A DNA stretch of 49,965 nucleotides. Origin: Flavobacterium sp. SCGC AAA160-P02. Its GTDB lineage: Bacteria > Bacteroidota > Bacteroidia > Flavobacteriales > Flavobacteriaceae. The stretch spans positions 1 through 49,965 of the forward strand of contig CATISV010000162.1 in assembly GCA_949541125.1 (NCBI GenBank), read 5' to 3'. Shown piece by piece: positions 9,975 to 19,286 of this stretch (positions within the stretch are counted from its first letter, which is position 1; each line of letters begins with the position of its first letter). A program made the position numbers and the translations under genes. The notes under the pieces were generated by a model. The model saw only the letters and a list, made by a program, of their open reading frames with translations, searched no databases and was not told the DNA's origin.

Positions 9975-11138
9975 TTAATTTGACAGAACCTCTTTTTCAA
10001 ATAGACGATAAAAATCGTAAGATTCTTTGTCGTTAAATGGAAGAAATTGAGTGAAGTATACAACCGCATTGCCATTTTTTTTATCTACAGTATAATAAGA
10101 ATTAGCAATTCCAGCCCAATATGCAGAGCCTCTAGGCCTTACTTTTTCATCCTCACTATCTTCAATAGCCCAGGCTAAGCTATAAGTGTCGGATTCATCG
10201 GAAAATCTTCCAACAGTATCAGGCAAACCAGCTTCTGGCAAATCGAAATCCATTTTCATAGGACGTGGAAGTTGATTTCTGAACATCATCTCAATCGATT
10301 CAGGAGTTAAAATTTGCACATTATTGAGTGTTCCATTATTTAATATACATTCAAGAAAAATAAGATAGTCTTTTGGAGATGAAAACAATCCACCTCCGCC
10401 ACTAAATGTTTTTGTGGGCATTGGGACACGATTAAACTCATTAAACCCAATCGAATCCCGTGTTCCCCAGGAAACAATTTTGTCCTTCAAGTTATCAGGA
10501 ACATTGAACCAAGTGCTATTCATCTCTAAAGGGCCGGTAATATTTTCCCTTAAGTAGGTTTCTAGATCTTGTCCACTCAACTTTTCAATCACTTTTCCTA
10601 CCCAGTCTGTACTTGTTCCATAGTGCCATCTCTTTCCGGGCTCAAACAGCCTTGGTAAATCGTCATACTCCCATTCATTAGGTTTAAAATTAGCAAGTGT
10701 ACTGGAAGTAAACTCATATCCAAAACCAGAAGTGTGGGTAAGCAAATGTCTGAGAGTGATAGGCGCATCACTCTTATATAGCTCTCCCTCTTTAGTCAAA
10801 ATAGGAATAGAAGTCATTTCAGGCATCAATTCATTTAATGGGTCATCTAAACCAATTAGACCTCGTTCTACAAGTTGAAGTGCAGCAACGGAAGCAATTG
10901 CTTTAGTCATAGAAAAAATTCTAAAAATATTTTCATTATTTACAGTGTCTTTTCCGCCCCAAACAGATGGACCGAATGACCTCCATTCTTTCTTTCCATC
11001 TTGGTTTATACTTCCCATGACAGCAGCAGGAATCGTGCTATTTTCAAAATAAGAGTTTAATTGAGAAGCTTGTTTTTTTTCAGCTTCACACCCAATCAAA
11101 GTTGAAATGATAGAGGCTATTAACAGTAGTTTTTTCAT
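9975..11138 (-). CDS. Serine hydrolase, beta-lactamase/class C esterase family, lipoprotein
   Basis: Lipobox LIG-C, SMTK (SxxK), LLTHTSG, WHYG, WAG. Confidence 0.9.
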   Translation of the reverse strand: MKKLLLIASIISTLIGCEAEKKQASQLNSYFENSTIPAAVMGSINQDGKKEWRSFGPSVWGGKDTVNNENIFRIFSMTKAIASVAALQLVERGLIGLDDPLNELMPEMTSIPILTKEGELYKSDAPITLRHLLTHTSGFGYEFTSSTLANFKPNEWEYDDLPRLFEPGKRWHYGTSTDWVGKVIEKLSGQDLETYLRENITGPLEMNSTWFNVPDNLKDKIVSWGTRDSIGFNEFNRVPMPTKTFSGGGGLFSSPKDYLIFLECILNNGTLNNVQILTPESIEMMFRNQLPRPMKMDFDLPEAGLPDTVGRFSDESDTYSLAWAIEDSEDEKVRPRGSAYWAGIANSYYTVDKKNGNAVVYFTQFLPFNDKESYDFYRLFEKEVLSN

Positions 11139-11183
11139 AATTTTCTTGGTTTTGTTTTCATGTCATTGTTAAAAGTAATGATT

Positions 11184-11960
11184 TTACATCATTTTCCCTA
11201 AGATCTCTTTCATCATTTTTGCAGCTAAAAAGGCGGTCATATTTTTAAAATCTCTTTCAGGATTATATTCAACAATATCTGCCCCAATAATTTTTGCATC
11301 GATATTTTGAATCAAATGAATTACTTGTCTTGAAGTTAATCCTCCGGGTTCATGATGAGAAACTCCAGGTGCAAAGGCAGGATCAAAGCTGTCCATATCA
11401 AGAGAAATATACAATGGGTTTTTAAATTTAGGAATTGTTGATAAATCTAAATTTTTCATTTGATGGATTTCAACATTATATTTTTCTGCTTGTTTTAACT
11501 GATGCGGATTCAACGTTCTAATTCCTACCTGAACCAACTTTGAAGCAAAACCTCCTTCCATAATTCTTGCAAAAGGACTGGCATGGGAATATTGGTCACC
11601 GTCGTAATGATCATACAAATCACTATGCGCATCAATATGAAGGATATCTATAGAGGAATATTTTCTGCTGAAGGCTTTAATTACAGGAAATGTTATAGAA
11701 TGGTCGCCTCCTAAAGTCAGTATTTTAACATCAGATCTAAGGTGAGTGTTTGTTATTTTTTCAATATCAAAATATTCGGATATTTCAAAATCACCACGAT
11801 CGATTATTTTCGAATTTTCGATTGAAATTAAATTTTCTGTAAACATATTTCCAGAACCACAATATAATGCTTCTCTTATTTTTTTGGGAGCATGTTTAGC
11901 CCCTTTCTGATACGATGACTTTTCATCGAATTTTATTCCTTGAATTATAATTTCATTCAT
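11184..11960 (-). CDS. speB: Agmatinase (ureohydrolase family)
   Basis: GGDHS, DAHSD, SLDMDSFDPAFAPG. Confidence 0.85.
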   Translation of the reverse strand: MNEIIIQGIKFDEKSSYQKGAKHAPKKIREALYCGSGNMFTENLISIENSKIIDRGDFEISEYFDIEKITNTHLRSDVKILTLGGDHSITFPVIKAFSRKYSSIDILHIDAHSDLYDHYDGDQYSHASPFARIMEGGFASKLVQVGIRTLNPHQLKQAEKYNVEIHQMKNLDLSTIPKFKNPLYISLDMDSFDPAFAPGVSHHEPGGLTSRQVIHLIQNIDAKIIGADIVEYNPERDFKNMTAFLAAKMMKEILGKMM

Positions 11961-12104
11961 CTGACAGTTGAGATAAGGAGGTTAAAAAATAGACATAAAT
12001 TTAAAAATTAAACATAAACAATATTTAGAATATCAATTTTTAAAAATGAGAATAACTAGCCTCTAAAATAATTTAATATTCTGTTAAAAATGGTTTTTAA
12101 TAAG

Positions 12105-12112
12105 TATTTTTG
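12105..12112 (+). promoter_or_regulatory. Bacteroidota -7 promoter box for dld
   Basis: TATTTTTG matches TAnnTTTG, 51 nt before the ATG. Confidence 0.55.
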
Positions 12113-12163
12113 ATACTTGAAAAAGCAGCGATAAATTCTCGAACCTCTAGCGAGACGAAATAG

Positions 12164-13864
12164 ATGAAAGAAGCCCAAAATAAAAGAAAATTAGTTCAAA
12201 ATCTCAAGACTATTGCCGGAGACAATCACACCCTTACTGCTCAATGGAGCAAAGAACCTTATTCTAAAGGATGGAGATACGGGAATGGGAACGTGCTGGC
12301 TGTTGTAAAACCGGGCAAATTAATTGAAATATGGAAAATTTTACAGCTGTGTGTAAGTGAAGATGTTATTGTGTTAATGCAAGCTGCAAATACGGGTTTA
12401 ACAGGAGGATCCACACCATACGGGAATGATTATGATCGTGAAATCGTCATCATAAATACGATGCGAATAAATCATATATATTTAATTGACCAAGGAAATC
12501 AAATCATAGGATTGGCAGGTAGCACTTTATACGATTTAGAAAAAATGCTAGAACCCCACGGAAGAGAACCTCATTCGATTATAGGGTCTACTTCAATAGG
12601 AGCATCTATTGTTGGAGGGGTTTGCAATAATTCTGGAGGCTCTTTGGTACAAAGAGGCCCGGCATTCACCCAATTAGCATTGTATGCTAAAGTCAATAAA
12701 AACGGAATATTAGAATTGGTTAACGAATTAGGGATTGATTTAGGATCTGATCCAGAGGAAATCTTAAATAATTTACAAGATGAAAACTTCATAGAAGATC
12801 AAATTAAGTATCCCGATAAATTAGCATCTGATGATAAGTATTCTGAAATTGTTAGACAAATTGATTCAAAAACTCCAGCAAGGTTCAATTCAGATACAAG
12901 GCTTCTATATGGCGCTTCAGGGAGCGCAGGGAAAATAGCTGTTTTTGCTGTAAGAGTAGACACCTATCCAATAGCAAAGAAAAATCAAGTGTTTTATCTT
13001 GGCACAAACAATCCTGATGTCTTCTGGAAAATCAGAAGAGATATTCTTTCAACATTCAAATCACTACCCAAACTTGGAGATTATCTGCATAGAGATTGCT
13101 ATGATTCCGCAAAAAAGTACAGTAAAGACAATTTTATTGTTATAGAAAAGCTAGGAACAAACTTTCTACCAACACTTTTTAAGTTAAAGCGAAATGTTGA
13201 TCTATTATCAAAAAAAATTAAATTCCTGCCTAATAAATTATCGGATAGACTCATGCAGTTTTTAAGTACTCTTTGCCCCAATCACCTTCCAAAGAGAATG
13301 GAACAATTTAGAGATTTATATGAACACCATTGGATCATTGAAATGTCTGATGAGGGAATTGATGAGGCTAGAGACTATTTTAAAAACTTTTTTAAAACAA
13401 ACCAGGGTAGTTTTTTTGAATGCACTCCAAAAGAGTCAAAAAAGGCCCTATTGCATAGATATGTTGCAGCAGGCTCATTTAGTCGATATCATACACTTTA
13501 TGAGAAAAGATTAGGCGGATCTTTATCGATGGATATTGCGTTGCCTAAAAATGAAAAGAATTGGTTTGAAAAACTACCGCCAGAAATTGATGATTTAATG
13601 GAGTTTAAACTCTATTATGGCCATCTGTTTTGCCATGTAATGCATCAGAATTATATTGTAAAAAAAGGGGTAGACGCAAAAGCCTTAAGGGAAAAGTTAT
13701 TAAAAACGTATGATGTAAGGGGTGCAGAATATCCTGCGGAGCACAATGTTGGACATGAATATTTTGCAAAGCCTTCTTTAAATAAATTTTACCAGGAATT
13801 AGACCCAACAAATACTTTTAACCCAGGAATTGGAAGAACGAGTAAGCGAAAAAATTGGAAATAA
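12164..13864 (+). CDS. dld: Quinone-dependent FAD D-lactate dehydrogenase
   Basis: MQAANTGLTGGSTP, GREPHS.IGS, NNSGG.LVQRGPA, EYPAEHNVGH, FNPGIG as in the E. coli Dld family. Confidence 0.93.
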   Translation: MKEAQNKRKLVQNLKTIAGDNHTLTAQWSKEPYSKGWRYGNGNVLAVVKPGKLIEIWKILQLCVSEDVIVLMQAANTGLTGGSTPYGNDYDREIVIINTMRINHIYLIDQGNQIIGLAGSTLYDLEKMLEPHGREPHSIIGSTSIGASIVGGVCNNSGGSLVQRGPAFTQLALYAKVNKNGILELVNELGIDLGSDPEEILNNLQDENFIEDQIKYPDKLASDDKYSEIVRQIDSKTPARFNSDTRLLYGASGSAGKIAVFAVRVDTYPIAKKNQVFYLGTNNPDVFWKIRRDILSTFKSLPKLGDYLHRDCYDSAKKYSKDNFIVIEKLGTNFLPTLFKLKRNVDLLSKKIKFLPNKLSDRLMQFLSTLCPNHLPKRMEQFRDLYEHHWIIEMSDEGIDEARDYFKNFFKTNQGSFFECTPKESKKALLHRYVAAGSFSRYHTLYEKRLGGSLSMDIALPKNEKNWFEKLPPEIDDLMEFKLYYGHLFCHVMHQNYIVKKGVDAKALREKLLKTYDVRGAEYPAEHNVGHEYFAKPSLNKFYQELDPTNTFNPGIGRTSKRKNWK

Positions 13865-13867
13865 GGC

Positions 13868-14653
13868 TTAATTTATCCTTCCATAAAAGGTAAGTCTAGC
13901 GTCTTCAGACAAAGAGATTCCTGGTTTAGTATTGTAAGCCAATACAACTAATATTCTGTCACGCTTTCCTCTATTGGGAGTGACCCGATGTATTGTGTCG
14001 CGACCCTTGAATAAAACAAGAGAACCCTCAGATTGTTCTAATTGAACAGGTGTTGTGATACCGTCAAGTACTTTTCCAACTCCTTCAAAATTCATGTCCC
14101 CTTTTTCAGAGTTCCGAAGTTGTTTTACATATTCTACTTGTCCGCCAGACTCAGCAGATTGAATCATAAGAGTGATCGCAAATGAAGAATTATCAAAATG
14201 CCATCCTAATTCTTGCCCAGTTTCATGGTAATGAATGTTGATGGAAGAAAGAGGATCTTTATAGGAACAAAGCGTCGATTCATCTAATACTACTGATAAA
14301 AACTCTCGAAATTCTTTAGAATTATATAAAACTCTTAATGGAGATTTTTCACTAACCTGATCATCTGTAATACAGCCTTTTGTACTAATTACTTGTCGAT
14401 TTCTAGGGTGATTCTCAGGATAATCAGGATCTTTAGTAGATAAATACACACTGTGTGTTTGGTCACAAAAATACGCAAGATGTTTTTTTTCTTCAGCTTC
14501 TTTTCTCATCTTTTGCAAGGCATATTTACGAATAAAATCAGGCAAAACAATAGACCCATGCTCATTTAATTTGGAATTACAACCAGCAGCAAACTCTTTT
14601 AGATCATTAATTGGGTATTGTTCTAAATTAATAATACTGGCAAGGTCTTTCAT
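13868..14653 (-). CDS. Fe(II)/2-oxoglutarate dioxygenase, BesD/HalD-like superfamily, hydroxylase-type facial triad
   Basis: LGWHFD (HxD), distal H in IHRVTP, 2OG-binding Arg in DRIL. Confidence 0.8.
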   Translation of the reverse strand: MKDLASIINLEQYPINDLKEFAAGCNSKLNEHGSIVLPDFIRKYALQKMRKEAEEKKHLAYFCDQTHSVYLSTKDPDYPENHPRNRQVISTKGCITDDQVSEKSPLRVLYNSKEFREFLSVVLDESTLCSYKDPLSSINIHYHETGQELGWHFDNSSFAITLMIQSAESGGQVEYVKQLRNSEKGDMNFEGVGKVLDGITTPVQLEQSEGSLVLFKGRDTIHRVTPNRGKRDRILVVLAYNTKPGISLSEDARLTFYGRIN

Positions 14654-14779
14654 AAGAAGAGCGATTTATTACTTTGTGTTTAATTCTTTTTTATGCAATT
14701 TAACAAAACAAAATTTAAGGCTTCCAGACTCAGAAGTAATTTTATTTTTGTGCGTCATTCAAAGAATAATCGAGAGAGA

Positions 14780-17581
14780 TTAATAAGAAATTTGATGACC
14801 AGGAGAAGAGTTCATTGTCATTTTTTTTAGTGGTGGCGAAAACTGAGTTAGTCTAATCCCTCTTACGGCAGTTTTATATTCCTCAATTGTAGGTGTTCTG
14901 CCAAGAATGGCAGCAAGAACCACAACAGGTGTTGACGCTAATAAAGATTCTCCTTTCTTACGGTCTGTATCTGCCACCACACGTCCTTGAAATAAACGGG
15001 TAGAAGTAGCCATAACGGTATCTCCTTTTTCTGCTTTTTCTTGGTTACCCATACAAAGATTACAGCCTGGCCGCTCTAGGTATAAAATATTATCGTATTC
15101 TAAACGGGCTGAGGTTTTAGGGTTAGCATCATTGAATTCAAAACCAGAATATTTCTGCAGCATTTCCCAGTCTCCTTCTTTTTTGAGCTCTTCAATAATA
15201 TTATATGTTGGAGCAGTCACCACAAGAGGTGCTTTAAACTCTACTTTACCATATACTTCCTCTAAGTTTTTAAGCATTTTAGAAACAATCTTGATATCTC
15301 CTTTATGAACCATGCAAGAGCCAACAAAACCAAGATCAACATGTTTCTCTCCTCCATAAAAAGAAAGGTCTCTGATTGTATCGTGCGTATATCGTTTTGA
15401 AACATCATCATTGTGTACATCTGGGTCAGCAATCATTGGCTCATCAATAATATCTAAATCGACAACAAACTCTGCGTAATATTTAGCGTTATCATCTGGA
15501 GCTAAAGCAGGTTTTTCACCGGACCTAATTTCAGAGATTCTTTGATTTGCTTTATCAATAAGGCTCTGGAGAACTTGTTTTTTATTGTCCATCCCTTTTT
15601 CAATCATAATCTTGATTCTGCTTTTTGCGATCTCCAATGATTGAATAAGAGTATCATCCTGAGAAATACAGATAGAAGCTTTTGCTTTCATTTCTGCTGT
15701 CCAATCTGTAAACGTGAATGCTTGGTCTGCAAGTAATGTCCCTATATGAACTTCAATAATTCTTCCTTGGAACACATTTTCACCGTTAAATTTCTTCAGC
15801 ATTTGAGCTTGTGTAGCATGAACGACGTCTCGGAAATCCATATAGTCTTTCATTTTCCCTTTGAAAGATACTTTTACAGATTCAGGAATAGGCATTGATG
15901 CTTCTCCTGTTGCTAATGCAAGAGCAACCGTACCAGAGTCTGCTCCGAAGGCAACGCCTTTTGACATTCTTGTATGGGAGTCTCCACCGATTATAATGGC
16001 CCAATCATCAATAGTTAAATCGTTTAGGACTTTATGAATCACATCCGTCATAGCAGGATAGATTCCTTTTGGATCACGCCCGGTAATAAGACCGAAATCA
16101 TTCATAAATTTCATTAGTCTTGGCGTATTTGCTTGTGCTTTCAAATCCCAAACAGAAGCTGTATGACAGCCCGATTGATAAGCGCCATCTACAATTGGCG
16201 AAATCACTGTGGCGGCCATCATCTCCAATTCCTGTGAAGTCATCAGACCTGTTGTATCTTGAGAGCCAACAATATTGACCTCAACACGAACATAGGAGCC
16301 AGCATGGAGTGCTCCTGAAGTTCCAACAGCATTTTTATTAAAGATCTTCTCTACTGCTGTGAATCCTTGTCCCTTGTGATATACCTCTTTGGATGGTGCA
16401 TATACAGGTGGAACTTCTATTCCAATCGTCTTAGCTGCAAATGTTTGAAGTTTTTTACCAAAGACAACAGCGTAAGACCCACCTGCTTTTATAAACTCCA
16501 TTTTCTGAGGACTCAGAGCGCTTGAAATATCAATTAGTTCTTGATCGCCAGCATATAGTTTTTTCGTTTTTGTATTAATCGTCAGAACAGTACCCGTATC
16601 GACCGAATATGTTTGTTTTAATATAGGCTCTCCTTCTTCATCTACCATGAGATTACCATTAGCATCAAACTTTTTTTCCCAGTTTTTAAGGTCAATACCA
16701 ATACCTCCTGTAACACCAACAGTGGTTAGGAAAATAGGAGAAATACCATTTGTCCCTGCAACGATAGGAGCAATATTTATAAATGGGACGTAAGGGCTTG
16801 CTTGCTTACCTATCCAAAGCGCCACATTATTAACACCAGACATTCTGGAGGAACCTACTCCCATTGTACCTTTTTCTGCAAGTAGCATAACTCTTTTGTC
16901 TGGGTGTTTTTCCATAAGCGCCAACAATTCTTTTTGTCTTACTTCATCGAATTCAAACATACATTGACCGTGTAGCTCTCTATCTGCACGAGAATGTGCT
17001 TCTTTACCAGGAGATAGCAAATCGGTAGAAATATCTCCTACACCAGCTACATAAGTTACTACTTTGATTTCTTCATCGACATCTGGTAGTTTGGTAAAAA
17101 ATTCAGCCTTTGCATAACTTTCTAAAATCTCTTTTGCTATTTTATGATCCTTTTTGTAGGCTTCTTCCAATCGCTCTGTGTCTGCCTCATAGAGAAAAAC
17201 TTGTGTTTTTAAAACTTTGGCTGCTTCTTTTGCGATAGATTCATCATCGCCTAAAGTTAAATCTAACAATACCCTTACAGACGGGCCTCCTTTCATGTGA
17301 GACAATTGCTCGAAGGCAAAAGCCGGTGAAATTTCCTCTACCTTAAATTTGCCAATAATAATTTCCTTTAAAAACTCGGCTTTAACATTTGCAGCACTTG
17401 TCGTTCCAGGCAATACATTATAGATAAAGAACTTAAGTGAATCTTCACGATGTTCATGGGTTATGTCTTTAATCTGAGTAATAATTTCTGCTGTCAAATC
17501 AGCACGATCAATTGGAAGTGGATGAAGACCTTGGGCTTTTCTAGCTATAATCTGTTTTAAGTATTCATTATATTGACTCAT
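14780..17581 (-). CDS. acnB: Aconitate hydratase B / 2-methylisocitrate dehydratase
   Basis: TDLLSPG, GVGSSR, SQDTTG, GGDSHTR, GSCM and PGCNLCMGNQ Fe-S ligands; 933 aa. Confidence 0.97.
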   Translation of the reverse strand: MSQYNEYLKQIIARKAQGLHPLPIDRADLTAEIITQIKDITHEHREDSLKFFIYNVLPGTTSAANVKAEFLKEIIIGKFKVEEISPAFAFEQLSHMKGGPSVRVLLDLTLGDDESIAKEAAKVLKTQVFLYEADTERLEEAYKKDHKIAKEILESYAKAEFFTKLPDVDEEIKVVTYVAGVGDISTDLLSPGKEAHSRADRELHGQCMFEFDEVRQKELLALMEKHPDKRVMLLAEKGTMGVGSSRMSGVNNVALWIGKQASPYVPFINIAPIVAGTNGISPIFLTTVGVTGGIGIDLKNWEKKFDANGNLMVDEEGEPILKQTYSVDTGTVLTINTKTKKLYAGDQELIDISSALSPQKMEFIKAGGSYAVVFGKKLQTFAAKTIGIEVPPVYAPSKEVYHKGQGFTAVEKIFNKNAVGTSGALHAGSYVRVEVNIVGSQDTTGLMTSQELEMMAATVISPIVDGAYQSGCHTASVWDLKAQANTPRLMKFMNDFGLITGRDPKGIYPAMTDVIHKVLNDLTIDDWAIIIGGDSHTRMSKGVAFGADSGTVALALATGEASMPIPESVKVSFKGKMKDYMDFRDVVHATQAQMLKKFNGENVFQGRIIEVHIGTLLADQAFTFTDWTAEMKAKASICISQDDTLIQSLEIAKSRIKIMIEKGMDNKKQVLQSLIDKANQRISEIRSGEKPALAPDDNAKYYAEFVVDLDIIDEPMIADPDVHNDDVSKRYTHDTIRDLSFYGGEKHVDLGFVGSCMVHKGDIKIVSKMLKNLEEVYGKVEFKAPLVVTAPTYNIIEELKKEGDWEMLQKYSGFEFNDANPKTSARLEYDNILYLERPGCNLCMGNQEKAEKGDTVMATSTRLFQGRVVADTDRKKGESLLASTPVVVLAAILGRTPTIEEYKTAVRGIRLTQFSPPLKKMTMNSSPGHQISY

Positions 17582-17625
17582 ACGCGATCACAAAGACTTG
17601 GTAGTCTTATTAGATTTAATACCTG

Positions 17626-17633
17626 CGAAATTA
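17626..17633 (-). promoter_or_regulatory. -7 promoter box variant for acnB
   Basis: Minus-strand TAATTTCG followed by C, about 45 nt before the start. Confidence 0.5.
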
Positions 17634-17818
17634 AGCATATTTTCTATCAAAATAAAGTATGGCATTATAATTTTATACTGAATAGAAGTAAGCGTATAAT
17701 CTCATAACTAATTCTCTTGTATTGTTTTTGGCAATGGGTTGTTTAAACTTTGTTTTTAGAGAAGTTTGTTTTTATTAACCAAAGTTTATTTTGTAATTTA
17801 TTCCTCAAATTGAAGCAA

Positions 17819-17884
17819 TTACGAATGTATTTTACCAGAAAAACCGTCTTTAGTAAAACCAACGAACAAAGCTCTTTTTTTCAT
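17819..17884 (-). pseudogene. 21-codon stub MKKRALFVGFTKDGFSGKIHS; possible N-terminal remnant of a caspase-like (C14) gene
   Basis: ATG 24 nt after the SIR2 stop; KRALFVG resembles the first strand K(R/K)ALxxG of bacterial caspases; only about 9 residues of similarity. Confidence 0.25.
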
Positions 17885-17908
17885 TTAAGATAGTTTATTA
17901 TTGCAATA

Positions 17909-18721
17909 TTAGTGATTGGTTTTTTCATATAGCGTCCTAAGAAACAGCTCCAAAGCTTTCCCTTGATCATTTTCATCATTAACCATCACCTTTATGTTTC
18001 TACTCTCTAGTACAGTTTTTTGAATAGGATTATTGTTTGAAAGAAAAATATATGAGCGAGGTTGCATATTTGTCTCAATACTATTACCCCAAATTAATTG
18101 AAGCTTGTAAAGCAACAAACGAATATCAATGTCGCTCAAACTATAACCTATAAATAAAATAGATTTACCAAGTGAATCAGACTTTAGCTTCATATCAAGA
18201 GGAGAATCTAAACTTAATCGATTAAAAAAACTCGTTTCTGTTAAAATTATACTAGAATCATCGTCAAAATCACCATGGTATTTTATAATTTGAGGTGTAT
18301 TAGATCTTGTTTGGGTAAAGTCATAAATACTACAGATTTTATCATATGATTTTCCATAATAATCATATGCTATTTCAAACCACCTGTCATAATTTGTTGT
18401 GTAGATTTTATGAAATTCTAAATCTACGATAAGCTTATGGATATTAGATTTTTGAATTTGTATAGAATTGGAATGAAAATGGGTATCCATCCAACTTCTT
18501 AATGACCCTAATGAACCTTTCTTTATTTTGTAAAATTCCGCTAATTCTAGATAATTCCCTAATGTTTTAAATTTTTCTTTTTCATACCCCATTTCATCAG
18601 CCATGTGCTCTATAAGTTTTGACCAAGAAGGTAAGCCAAGATTCATTGAAGTTCCTGCTCCAGCAAAAAGAATTACTCTTTGATTCTTGATATCGTCTAT
18701 TAAGTCTTCACTAATATGCAT
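17909..18721 (-). CDS. Stand-alone SIR2-family protein (SIR2_2, NADase/defence type)
   Basis: FAGAGTS, TTNYD, KYHGDF, FIGYSLSD; no four-Cys zinc ribbon of CobB deacylases. Confidence 0.9.
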   Translation of the reverse strand: MHISEDLIDDIKNQRVILFAGAGTSMNLGLPSWSKLIEHMADEMGYEKEKFKTLGNYLELAEFYKIKKGSLGSLRSWMDTHFHSNSIQIQKSNIHKLIVDLEFHKIYTTNYDRWFEIAYDYYGKSYDKICSIYDFTQTRSNTPQIIKYHGDFDDDSSIILTETSFFNRLSLDSPLDMKLKSDSLGKSILFIGYSLSDIDIRLLLYKLQLIWGNSIETNMQPRSYIFLSNNNPIQKTVLESRNIKVMVNDENDQGKALELFLRTLYEKTNH

Positions 18722-18912
18722 AGATTTTTAATTTGTATTTAGTGGTTTTTAAATATTTAGTTAGCGGTTAGATAACCTTGAATTCTGGCTTAAAGATAAA
18801 TTTTTTTTAAACACTTTAGCAATTCGCCCCCTCGAAGGCAACTTTCTGTAATGAAATTAAAAGTACTGTGAATTTGAAGAATTAATCCTATCGTAATTTT
18901 ACGTATAGATTT

Positions 18913-19173
18913 TTATTCAAAAAGATCTTCTCTATCCAAATGATCTATAGAGCTTTTTTTCGCGCACAGGTAAAAGATGAAATGGATCAACAAGAAAATA
19001 CCATAACAAACTGCAACAGTTAAAGAAAGACTTAATTTTTAAAAAATCGAACCGTAAGCTAATTCTATCCATAAAATGGATGTGCCATTATGAATTATAT
19101 AGGTGGTAAAATGAAACCTAAAACCAATATCAAGTATTGGCAAGTACTCTCCATCATTTTTCCAAAAAATCAT
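18913..19173 (-). pseudogene. Decayed membrane-protein gene fragment
   Basis: One frame reads DGEYLPILDIGFRFHFTTYIIHNGTSILWIELAYGSIF*KLSLSLTVAVCYGIFLLIHFIFYLCAKKSSIDHLDREDLFE* with a single internal TAA at 19039-19041 and hydrophobic helices. Confidence 0.7.
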
Positions 19174-19286
19174 AATTCATTCACATTATTATCCATTGTA
19201 TTTTATATAAATTAAACATCTTGCATAATAAAAAGAACATAATTTATTTATATATTTATTTTATATTTATTTATAAAATTTTAAAA

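Noticed and set aside
13868-14653. Radical halogenase call
   Set aside because: HxD retained; halogenases have HxG or HxA
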